From Candidatus Thorarchaeota archaeon (lineage in GTDB: Archaea; Asgardarchaeota; Thorarchaeia; Thorarchaeales; Thorarchaeaceae), in NCBI GenBank assembly GCA_011364905.1, contig RDNZ01000016.1, positions 10,830 to 57,070 on the forward strand: a stretch of DNA of 46,241 nucleotides, read 5' to 3'. Below are positions 38,108-46,241 of this stretch, one piece after another (positions within the stretch are counted from its first letter, which is position 1; each line of letters opens with the position of its first letter). The notes beneath the pieces were generated by a model. That model did no database searches, was not told the origin of the DNA, and worked only from the letters and a program-made list of their open reading frames with translations. A program made the translations under genes and the position numbers.

Positions 38108-38829
38108 GTTGACTTTATTCCTCTTAACTCACGAATCAAAGATTCCACAGGCCCCGCTTTACTCGTTGCTAGAGGAATCCTCATCTGTTCGGAAAGTTCC
38201 ATAGCAAGTCGATCAACCTCGGCAACACCATGAAGAACAACAAGAGATGGTTTGAATTCCTGCGACTTTATGGATATCATAGGGGCTCGACCTGTGTTGA
38301 CATTGGTGAATATCAGGCATCTCTCGGTTGTTGCACCAAAGAGTTTGAGAAAAGCATCACTATTCAGTTCCTTAACAGCCCGTTCCACGTCAACGATGGT
38401 ATATCCAAATATCTCTCTCTCGAGAAGCTTCTCTCCAGTCCTAACAGTGAACTTCAACCGTTGACAGAATTCCCTCGCAGTCATCGGAGAAGGAAAGTCA
38501 CTCATTGCTAGCACTATATTCAGATCAACAAGGCTGACATCCATAAGACGAACAAATGCGGATACAACCTGTCCACCATTTCGCTCATCCAGTGTGAGCA
38601 AAGCCATGACGAAACGTCGTATTGTTGAGGTTCCGGGGGATTTCCTTCGTCCAGATTCATAGTCGCTAATCACACTAGGGCTGACGCCAAGATAATCGGC
38701 AAGAACAATCTGAGGTTGCCTGAACCGTTCTCTCCAGACTCTCATGGTCTGACCCGGATGGTCTGATAATGCAATCTCCCCTGCAATCCGACGCGCAAGA
38801 CGCTCCCGGACAGATGATTGATACGACAT
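38104..38829 (-). CDS. Archaeal XRE-HTH transcriptional regulator (COG1709-like)
   Basis: IAGEIALS..PG, VSPSVISDYESGRRKSPG, IFTNVNTGRAPMI. Confidence 0.85.
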   Translation of the reverse strand: MSYQSSVRERLARRIAGEIALSDHPGQTMRVWRERFRQPQIVLADYLGVSPSVISDYESGRRKSPGTSTIRRFVMALLTLDERNGGQVVSAFVRLMDVSLVDLNIVLAMSDFPSPMTAREFCQRLKFTVRTGEKLLEREIFGYTIVDVERAVKELNSDAFLKLFGATTERCLIFTNVNTGRAPMISIKSQEFKPSLVVLHGVAEVDRLAMELSEQMRIPLATSKAGPVESLIRELRGIKST

Positions 38830-38939
38830 TAAACGAACTTCTTGGTGTTTTGAACATAAGGATTTCGACTATTGACGAAGTGTCGTTTATGTGATAATCA
38901 GAGTGTTATACTGGATATGCAGCAATATACAGACAGGTA

Positions 38940-39046
38940 TGGTGGGCCGGCCCGGATTCGAACCGGGGATCCCCTGGAGTCTTGCTTTCGAACATGAGTT
39001 CGCTAGACCCAAACCAGGAATCATAGCCAAGCTAGACCACCGACCC
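38940..39046 (-). tRNA. tRNA-Pro(TGG) with canonical 29-nt intron (38979-39007), CCA encoded
   Basis: GGGTCGG/CCGGCCC; CCTGG-TT TGG G|T-CCAGG; BHB central helix TTTG/CAAG; CCCGG-TTCGAAT-CCGGG. Confidence 0.93.
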
Positions 39047-39144
39047 ATGCTAAACGGGCAGTCCTCCAATTGGGGTTATAAGAATAACGGAGCTGTTTCA
39101 AAACATCAGTCACGAATAAGGTCTTAACTGCTGGGTAATATTAG

Positions 39145-39399
39145 ATGGTGAGTACGATGAGTCTACTTGGCCCAGATGACTTTGACTTGGACAAAAAAGG
39201 TCGAAAGAAGAAGCTGGCAAAGGATCTAGCACCCTCGGTGGCAAGGGAGATTGAAAAGTGGCTAGACAGGGAAGATGATCCTGAAGCGTTCAAAAGAGTA
39301 TCAGACCTTGTTGGTCCGGAAGAGGCGGCCCGATTATTTGCAAAGCATCATAAACAAGGTAGAAAACCAAAGCCCGGAGACCCGCTACTTGAAGATTGA
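39145..39399 (+). CDS. Small hypothetical protein
   Basis: 84-aa charged ORF with a TTAA box upstream. Confidence 0.6.
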   Translation: MVSTMSLLGPDDFDLDKKGRKKKLAKDLAPSVAREIEKWLDREDDPEAFKRVSDLVGPEEAARLFAKHHKQGRKPKPGDPLLED

Positions 39400-39412
39400 C
39401 GATGGGACAACA

Positions 39413-39781
39413 TTGACAACAGAAAAATACGAAACCAATGAGAGACAGGAACACAACATTACTAGAACATCGTTGGCGCTGATACGTACAATTGATGCTG
39501 AGAAGAGAACTCACCTTGCAGAACTTCGTACTGGAATTGGCATAATCACAATAGCGCTATCATTATTGACGGTCATCATTGCTATCGCAGAGATTTACTC
39601 TGTGATTGAAGCCCTTGGATTCACAGTCACTCTAATTGCAGGCATCGCTTTCCTATTCATAATTGGAGGATACCTTGCGCTTACATCACTAAGAAATCTA
39701 CGAAAAGACGCTTTCCTCCGAAGCAAGTGCGAAGATCTTTCATGTCTAGTATCAGAGTTTGGCAATCACGATCATGATTAG
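39413..39781 (+). CDS. DUF202-like two-TM protein
   Basis: AEKRTHLAELRTGIG followed by two TM helices; probable TTG start at 39413. Confidence 0.6.
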   Translation: MTTEKYETNERQEHNITRTSLALIRTIDAEKRTHLAELRTGIGIITIALSLLTVIIAIAEIYSVIEALGFTVTLIAGIAFLFIIGGYLALTSLRNLRKDAFLRSKCEDLSCLVSEFGNHDHD

Positions 39782-39838
39782 AAGCTGTAGGAATACTAGA
39801 ATCGCAAGATGGAGAGTTGTTCTGAGTTGGTCATTATT

Positions 39839-40210
39839 TCATTCAGTGGGCTTGTTTGTCAAACTTTTTTTGGTATAGTCTAGCGCAGCATAATACCATA
39901 CTGCAAAAACGATGATTCCTAGGTAGAGTCCGAGATAGATCCCGAATATGGCGAAAGTCCCACAAACAGCGATACCGATACCAATGATCAGTTTTGTGGC
40001 CCACACTTTCTGTTGCCATATTGGTAAGCTTGCGCAAAGCGAGAGGATTCCAAGTACTATCAATGATATTCCGAAAAGAGGGGAGAGAAGAATTGCCGAT
40101 ATTACGAAAAAGTAATAGAACTGACAGCCACTGTAGATTAGTATTATTCCTCCGAGAGCCATTAAGATGGTAGCATTCTTGACTCCTGAAGGCTTCTCAA
40201 CATCATTCAA
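39839..40210 (-). CDS. Small four-TM membrane protein
   Basis: EKPSGVKNATILMALGG N-terminus; hydrophobic; lies directly downstream of the tRNA-Thr 3' end. Confidence 0.65.
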   Translation of the reverse strand: MNDVEKPSGVKNATILMALGGIILIYSGCQFYYFFVISAILLSPLFGISLIVLGILSLCASLPIWQQKVWATKLIIGIGIAVCGTFAIFGIYLGLYLGIIVFAVWYYAALDYTKKSLTNKPTE

Positions 40211-40313
40211 TCAGACTCCCTCATATCGGACAACTCTATTTCCGTGGAGCTTAATGGATTTTGTTACTAGCAATAGTGCGATTCAAGTCAGTGTATGACG
40301 AGTATGGAAAAAG

Positions 40314-40391
40314 TGGAGCCCCAGGCGGGATTTGAACCCGCGGCCTCCTCCTTACCAAGGAGGCGATCTAACCGGTCTAAGCTACTGGGGC
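40314..40391 (-). tRNA. tRNA-Thr(GGT), CCA encoded
   Basis: GCCCCAG/CTGGGGC; CCTCC-TT GGT AA-GGAGG; GCGGG-TTCAAAT-CCCGC. Confidence 0.96.
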
Positions 40392-40562
40392 ATCCGTAAG
40401 ACAACCGAGGGCTGTCACTTCGCCTTCCGCATGAAAATCGGTGATAAAGATTTCTACAGTGGTTCTATTCTTCGAGGGGTACAACGCCAAATGACGCGGC
40501 TGAACCTGCAAATCAGAACAGAATGGAGATAAAACGAGTGCTTTGGACCCAAAATCGAAGAA

Positions 40563-41447
40563 GTGATAAAAACAAGATATCCATACGAATGTTGGAGATT
40601 GGAGCAGGTGGAAGACTATTCGGATGTATCTGAACCCAAAAAACCACTCGGAATACGAGCCTATGGCATATCTGGTTCAACTTTAAGGAAGGAAATTGAG
40701 AGTATAACTGGTGTAAATCCTGGGAATGACGCAGTATATTCCAAAGAAACCGGCCGCGTTTCAGTTGAGTCTGAAGTATTTGGTGCCGGAGGCTGTGGTG
40801 GTGGGAGTAATTGCTACTGTGATGGCGGTGGTGGTGGTGGTGGTGACGAAGGTGTCGCTATCTGCCTCATTATTGTTCTAGCGGTTATGATTGCCTTTAC
40901 AATTGTATGGTTCATCGTGATGCTTGCCTTCTCAATAATGACAATAGGGGGCTTCTTCAAGAGGCGTTTTCGGACTCTTGTTGTGGTTGAGAATGAGAAC
41001 AAGGAGTTCATCGGAAAACTTGCTGCAGCCACAGTGCAGAAACGAGGTGCTTTAGATTATTCATTCGGACAGCTTGAGTATGATGATTGGAAGGCCCATA
41101 CATTTGGATTGTTTCACAGGCTGAAACTTCTTAGACAAGTTGGATTCTTCTTTGGGTTTTGGTGGGCAGTTATTGAAATCGCATTCAAGTTGAACGAGTA
41201 CATCAATCACCAAGGGGGTTATAATCTATGGCCACTTCGCTATGTGATGATAGCAATCTTTCTCCCTCTTCTACTCTATAGTCCAATACTAGAGATTCAA
41301 TTCAGGCACAATTTTGAAACTGGAGAGGAGATGATTCAACGACTAATCAGTCATGAGCCTGCATACTCACCAGATCAACCCATGATGTTCTCAGAAACGC
41401 CAATTGCGGCGGGAAGGATATCACCAAATGGTACAAAGAAAGACTGA
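40563..41447 (+). CDS. Hypothetical membrane protein with Gly/Cys-rich linker
   Basis: GAGGCGGGSNCYCDGGGGGGGDEG before TM1; three hydrophobic segments; true start may be 40599 or 40608. Confidence 0.65.
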   Translation: MIKTRYPYECWRLEQVEDYSDVSEPKKPLGIRAYGISGSTLRKEIESITGVNPGNDAVYSKETGRVSVESEVFGAGGCGGGSNCYCDGGGGGGGDEGVAICLIIVLAVMIAFTIVWFIVMLAFSIMTIGGFFKRRFRTLVVVENENKEFIGKLAAATVQKRGALDYSFGQLEYDDWKAHTFGLFHRLKLLRQVGFFFGFWWAVIEIAFKLNEYINHQGGYNLWPLRYVMIAIFLPLLLYSPILEIQFRHNFETGEEMIQRLISHEPAYSPDQPMMFSETPIAAGRISPNGTKKD

Positions 41448-42344
41448 CTATTTGAACAAATCATGGAGATGGATGTGGTACTCTCCGAGCTTCCCACCAT
41501 AGTTGCCAGCGGTAATCTTTGTGATTCCTGAGTGACTGCACACTGCTTCTATAGCGGCCTTCATAGCCTGGGCAACTGCTGATTCGCTGAGCCCATTGAT
41601 GACAATCTCTTGAACAAACTCACTTCCCTTGGGTACAAGTGAGTTGGGGACTATTGCTCGCAGAGTAGGGCAGAACTTCTCATTTGTGGATGCAAACAGT
41701 ACCTTGTATTTTGATGAGGGCTTAGAGCCGGATCCAACAAGGCCTCCAGGGAAAGGAGTATACGCACCTTCTACCCCCTCGATGGCTTCCACGGCAGCCA
41801 TCCCACTGGTCATACCACTCTCCACATCCTCACAACAATAGATGATGTTCCCACCTGCCACTCCTTTCACACGACCAAACATGTTGTCCATAATGCACGT
41901 ACCACTCATTCGTGGGATAAACCAGAGGACTCTTCCATCAATGGGTCCCTTCTTCGTCTGGAATCCATCACCAAACATGGCAATTTTCTTTCCAATCACA
42001 TACTGTTCTTTTGCATTAGGAGTATCATCGTAAGCAGAGGCTGTTGGACTTGTCAGGACACATTGTCCAAGTCTTGCAAGCAGCTGTGGCTCGAGCGCCT
42101 TTTTAGATCCCACAGCAAAAACAACTCGTACCCCAGGTCGTCCATCAGGAGTCTTTTCAGGGGGCAGGACGTATTCGATTCCAGCTTCTGCAGGAGCCAT
42201 AATCACTGAGGTCCCAAATCCTGTGGCTTCGGTTGCGGTTACTCGTGCCCATTCTTCGGTGTAGGCTGTGATTATTGTACGATTCATATGCATGCCAAAG
42301 GCTTCAGCAAATGTGTCTTCAATCGGAACGCCATTTATCTCCAT
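41448..42344 (-). CDS. ftr: Formylmethanofuran--tetrahydromethanopterin N-formyltransferase
   Basis: IEDTFAEAF, ATGFGTSVI, TPDGRPG, RLGQCVLT, GVAGGN, PFPGG..GSGSK, AGNYGGKLG. Confidence 0.96.
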   Translation of the reverse strand: MEINGVPIEDTFAEAFGMHMNRTIITAYTEEWARVTATEATGFGTSVIMAPAEAGIEYVLPPEKTPDGRPGVRVVFAVGSKKALEPQLLARLGQCVLTSPTASAYDDTPNAKEQYVIGKKIAMFGDGFQTKKGPIDGRVLWFIPRMSGTCIMDNMFGRVKGVAGGNIIYCCEDVESGMTSGMAAVEAIEGVEGAYTPFPGGLVGSGSKPSSKYKVLFASTNEKFCPTLRAIVPNSLVPKGSEFVQEIVINGLSESAVAQAMKAAIEAVCSHSGITKITAGNYGGKLGEYHIHLHDLFK

Positions 42345-42469
42345 TTCATTCCACCAGCTGCATCAATTTCGATGACAAAGCCCTCTTTTCTTTTTTCCGT
42401 CAGCCTTGAGACCCGCAAAAGGCTTTATCAGTGGGATATTCATCAAGAAAATTTCAGGTGGATGGGCTC

Positions 42470-43324
42470 ATGACAGTGATATTGTCACTTAGAAAGGCTC
42501 CAGATATTCCAATTGAAGCCGACACAATAACACCCACACATTTTGCTGGAAAGGGTGTGAAAGAAATTGGAGAGATTCCCATTCAATGTGGCAATGAGGT
42601 CCTTAGACTCAAAGACTTCTTTGACATCAGTGGGAAAAGTGGTCCTTCTCCAGATGAAACCGAAATACTGGTCAAAGGCGACCTCAGAAAAGTGAAGATG
42701 ATAGGGAAAGGGATGAATGGTGGTCAAATCACTGTGGAAGGAGACACAGGTATGTATCTCGGTGCACAGATGATTGCAGGGCGTATTCATGTCAAGGGAT
42801 CGGTTGGACCTTGGGCAGCCGCAGAGATGGAGGGCGGAAACATCCAGATAGAGGGAGATGCTGGAGACTATCTCTGTGCTGGGTATCGTGGAACTCCTGA
42901 GGGGATGAAGGGTGGTCGAGTCTACGTCGCAGGAAATGTGGGACGTGAGATGGCAGCACATATGCGAAAGGGATTCATCGCTGTGAAAGGAAATGTTGGG
43001 CCTCAGTCAGCAATTCGCATGATGGGCGGCACTATCATTGTGGCTGGTGATATGGCTGAACGTGTCGGCGTTCAAGCAACAAAGGGGATGATATTCTGTC
43101 TTGGAAAGATGGACTCCCTGTTTCCAACCTACAAGTTTAGTGGCAAGTCCGAGAGAGAGTTCGTCAATTATTACCTGAGATACCTGAAAGAGCATAGACC
43201 AGATTTTCTCTCTGAGGATATTGGAGTTTCAGAGAAGTGGGTTAAATACATGGGAGACTTTGCTGAAGCAAATCCGGGAGAAGAAGTCTACTTTCGTGCT
43301 TCCAAAAACCAGCATTTGATTTGA
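42470..43324 (+). CDS. fwdC: Formylmethanofuran dehydrogenase subunit C
   Basis: IEADTITP, GxxMxxGxIxVxG repeats, GYRG..GMKGG. Confidence 0.92.
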   Translation: MTVILSLRKAPDIPIEADTITPTHFAGKGVKEIGEIPIQCGNEVLRLKDFFDISGKSGPSPDETEILVKGDLRKVKMIGKGMNGGQITVEGDTGMYLGAQMIAGRIHVKGSVGPWAAAEMEGGNIQIEGDAGDYLCAGYRGTPEGMKGGRVYVAGNVGREMAAHMRKGFIAVKGNVGPQSAIRMMGGTIIVAGDMAERVGVQATKGMIFCLGKMDSLFPTYKFSGKSEREFVNYYLRYLKEHRPDFLSEDIGVSEKWVKYMGDFAEANPGEEVYFRASKNQHLI

Positions 43325-43335
43325 GGCGAGAAAAG

Positions 43336-44295
43336 ATGAAACTTAGTGTGAATGAAGGTGCGCATGAGATTACTAGGGAGATAATGGACCAGAAAGAGGA
43401 CTTAGACTGTACTGTCAAAGAACTTGGAAATGGTACAACCGTCATCGATGCAGGCATTGAAGTGAAAGGTAACGAAGAGCTTGGGAGATTAGTAGGCGAG
43501 GTCTGTCTGGGAGGACTTGGAGTGGTCAGACACACCAAGATGCATGTTGGCGACTTGGACCTTCCAGCAGTTGTTGTGAGTTCGGACCATCCTAAGATAG
43601 CATGTATGGCATCACAATATGCAGGTTGGACTATCAATGTTGACAAATACTTCGCAATGGGATCCGGTCCAGCAAGAGCACTTGCACGTGTGGAGAAGAA
43701 ACTCTATTCAGAGCTTGATTATGAGGATGATGCGAAAGTTGGTGTGATACTACTTGAAACAAGAGAAGTGCCCCCTGAAGAAGTTACACAGTATATCGCA
43801 GACAAATGTAACATCTCACCAGCAGACCTCTATTGCATTCTGGCACCAACAGCCTGCATAGTTGGTTCAGTACAGGTTTCTGCAAGAGTTGTTGAGGTAG
43901 GAATGCATAAGCTGCATGAGATAGGATTCGATCTTGATAAAGTCAGGTCAGGATATGGTGTTGCACCAGTCGCTCCAGTAGCAAAGAAAGATGCGAAAGC
44001 GATGGGCATTACAAACGACTGCATTCTTTATGGAGGACGGACATTCTACTTCGTCCGCTCAGATGACAAGGATTTGGCAGATGTCATAAAGAAGGTACCA
44101 TCCTCCTCTTCAAAGCAGTATGGTCAGCCATTCTATGACCTCTTCAAGAGTGTGGAGTTCGACTTCTATAAAGTGGACCCGCATCTGTTCAGTCCAGCTG
44201 AAATCACGCTTAATCACATCGAGAGTGGTAAAGCGTATCATGCAGGTGAGCTGAATCCAGATGTTCTAAAACTATCATTGGAGAGCGCAAAATAG
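43336..44295 (+). CDS. mch: Methenyltetrahydromethanopterin cyclohydrolase
   Basis: VIDAG, SQYAGW, MGSGPARALA, QVSARVVE, TNDCILYGG, DFYKVDPHLFSPA. Confidence 0.96.
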   Translation: MKLSVNEGAHEITREIMDQKEDLDCTVKELGNGTTVIDAGIEVKGNEELGRLVGEVCLGGLGVVRHTKMHVGDLDLPAVVVSSDHPKIACMASQYAGWTINVDKYFAMGSGPARALARVEKKLYSELDYEDDAKVGVILLETREVPPEEVTQYIADKCNISPADLYCILAPTACIVGSVQVSARVVEVGMHKLHEIGFDLDKVRSGYGVAPVAPVAKKDAKAMGITNDCILYGGRTFYFVRSDDKDLADVIKKVPSSSSKQYGQPFYDLFKSVEFDFYKVDPHLFSPAEITLNHIESGKAYHAGELNPDVLKLSLESAK

Positions 44296-44300
44296 AGGAC

Positions 44301-45818
44301 TTAGGTAATCTCCATCCCTTGAACCTCGTGCTGCTCCTTTTCGGTAGCAGGGACTAACTCCTCAGCCCTAGGTATTGGATTTTTGAAGGCAGCCCATATC
44401 ATTACGACTGATAATAACGATATGATAGCGCATATCAAAAAGGTCAGCAGGAAACCCCCAGTGAATGGAATAAACCATCCAAAGAATGCAATGAGTGGCA
44501 TAGAAACTAGCATCGTGAGTGTCGGTTGCAGGGAGTACATCGAGTTTCGAATGCGGTTGGGTATGACATCGAGCATCACCCTCTGAGTTAGGATGTCCGC
44601 AATCGATCCAAACAAGCCTAGGCAAACGAAGAGTATGAAGAGGAGAATTACAGGGATGATTGTCTGAGCAGGAACCTCAATCAGTGGGAGGTCTGTGAAG
44701 GGAATGAATATCGTGTAGAACTCGATGGTCGCAGAATCTGTTCCTGCGGGTATGGTAGGAAAGACATAAACTATGATAGCAAGTATCAAGTAAAAGACGA
44801 CGCCTGTGAACTGAAGTAATCTGAATCGGGGAATCCATTTCTTTGGCTCGAATCTTTTTGCCAGTACACCACTTCTCTCACTAGCAATAGCCTGCGGAAT
44901 GAAGACCACAGTTCTAAAGGCAGACACAGCAACTTGAGTAGCGAGAAAACTGAAATAAAGAGGGAAGAGGATAAGGTTCCACCAAACTGGTCCAATGCTC
45001 CACATAACGACACCCCCAAGCATGATGAGCGTCACAAACCTGTTGGACCAGAGAAACCGGAAACCATCCTTGAGAAGCGACGCATATTCGCCGAGTGAAG
45101 GTTGTTCCGCTTGTTCATCTTTGACTCCAGGAAGGTCTCTAACAAGTCTGAAGACGATAAGGGCGAGCAGAACAGAAACGACTGCCTGAAGACTAAACAC
45201 CCATGTTTCCCCATAGATGTATGCGAGCCAAGACCCAGGAAGTAGGACCGCTGTGGCTGATACTTGCCAGACCATCCCGAGTCGACCTTGGAATACTCCA
45301 TACTGTTTCCGGTCACGGTCATGAGGCATGGCAACTCGGTAATTGTTATCAAACCAGGCACTGAAAGCGCCACTCTCCTGTGAAGACCCGAGTCCGAAGA
45401 GAATGTAGATAGAAACATAGAGCCACATTGGTGCAGGAGTGTTCTTCGCGATAAGCGATGACAACTCAAAGGCCAGCGCATAGCAGATCAGAGCAGAGGC
45501 TATTACATATCGCTGCCCAATCCAGTCCCCCAAAGCCCCAGTGGGATAATCGAACATGGTCTGTATGGCCATCTGAATGACCACTAGGAGACCAACAATG
45601 GTGAGACCCGCAAAATAGTCGCCATTGCCTAAGGATTCCGCGATATAGATCATCCAGAACGTGGTGCTAATCTGAAAACTTGCAGCAAAGGTTGGAAGGA
45701 GCACAGATAGAATCTTGACTAGACGAACAGCATTTTCCGTTGGTGCTGCAATGCCGAAAATTCTGGCATACCTGCTGGATACAACTGCAGTCTCTTCTTG
45801 CTCTTGTTCCACAGCCAT
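44301..45818 (-). CDS. MFS transporter
   Basis: DYPTGALGDWIGQR, SQESGAFSAWFDNNY; about 12 TM. Confidence 0.85.
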   Translation of the reverse strand: MAVEQEQEETAVVSSRYARIFGIAAPTENAVRLVKILSVLLPTFAASFQISTTFWMIYIAESLGNGDYFAGLTIVGLLVVIQMAIQTMFDYPTGALGDWIGQRYVIASALICYALAFELSSLIAKNTPAPMWLYVSIYILFGLGSSQESGAFSAWFDNNYRVAMPHDRDRKQYGVFQGRLGMVWQVSATAVLLPGSWLAYIYGETWVFSLQAVVSVLLALIVFRLVRDLPGVKDEQAEQPSLGEYASLLKDGFRFLWSNRFVTLIMLGGVVMWSIGPVWWNLILFPLYFSFLATQVAVSAFRTVVFIPQAIASERSGVLAKRFEPKKWIPRFRLLQFTGVVFYLILAIIVYVFPTIPAGTDSATIEFYTIFIPFTDLPLIEVPAQTIIPVILLFILFVCLGLFGSIADILTQRVMLDVIPNRIRNSMYSLQPTLTMLVSMPLIAFFGWFIPFTGGFLLTFLICAIISLLSVVMIWAAFKNPIPRAEELVPATEKEQHEVQGMEIT

Positions 45819-45910
45819 AACCTCGAGCTATAACCATCCAATATAGAGCTTGATACTCAAGCATAAATCAAGCAGTTTATCAAGCATTCACTCATCCAGA
45901 GTGAGTGGCA

Positions 45911-46189
45911 ATGTACATGAGAGTTGTGCTTAAGTTCAAAGGACCTCTAGCCAAGAAATTCCAAGAGGAAATCATTGAGATTGAGGACAACGCCGCCCTA
46001 TTAGATTTGTTTAACATGGTGATTGAACGAGAGGAATCAGTTAAAGAAAATTGGTCAAGTCCAGAGCACATTGACCGGGATGCATTGGTCCTCTGTAATG
46101 AAACGGATATCGGTCTCACAGGAGGACTTGCTACGAAACTAAATGAGGGCGATACTGTTGTGATCCTCCCGTTGATTCATGGAGGCTAA
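45911..46189 (+). CDS. MoaD/ThiS/SAMP-like ubiquitin-fold sulfur carrier
   Basis: Beta-grasp pattern ending in LNEGDTVVILPLIHGG (C-terminal GG). Confidence 0.9.
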   Translation: MYMRVVLKFKGPLAKKFQEEIIEIEDNAALLDLFNMVIEREESVKENWSSPEHIDRDALVLCNETDIGLTGGLATKLNEGDTVVILPLIHGG

Positions 46190-46241
46190 ACGAGTTCAGC
46201 TCCAGCCATTATTGCCTTTAGGTCCATCTCCAGAGCCCTTG
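46186..46241 (-). CDS. 3' end of a CDS continuing beyond the window
   Basis: ...RALEMDLKAIMAGAELV-stop, overlapping the MoaD stop by 4 nt as other convergent pairs here do. Confidence 0.45.
   Translation of the reverse strand, partial: RALEMDLKAIMAGAELV

Noticed and set aside
40243-40262. GTGGAGC match to the tRNA-Thr 3' end as an att duplicate
   Set aside because: Only 7 nt, expected by chance

Overview
Archaeal chromosomal segment, most likely from an Asgard archaeon (Thorarchaeia-like). This is inferred from archaeal information-processing genes (valS, trm1, gar1, srp19, TFE-beta/RPC34-like), H4MPT C1-pathway genes (ftr, fwdC, mch), intron-containing tRNAs and a probable longin-domain protein. 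The window holds about 50 CDS and four tRNAs: Leu-CAA with two introns, Ile-GAT, Pro-TGG with one intron, and Thr-GGT. Several features are missed by the ORF track. (1) A self-contained operon of three 31-37 aa peptides (9018-9339, minus strand) has its own TATA box, near-perfect Shine-Dalgarno linkers and a hairpin/U-tract end; two of the peptides share a motif conserved through synonymous codon changes. (2) An integrase-free array of single-gene membrane-protein cassettes lies downstream of tRNA-Ile, separated by three degenerate copies of the tRNA 3' end. (3) A GC-rich three-way-junction candidate small RNA lies at about 26.7-26.8 kb. (4) tRNA-Leu carries a second intron in its T-loop. An acs gene is divergent from an acetyl-CoA hydrolase/transferase-GNAT fusion, with repeated operator-like boxes between them. 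All calls are by eye; no database searches were run.
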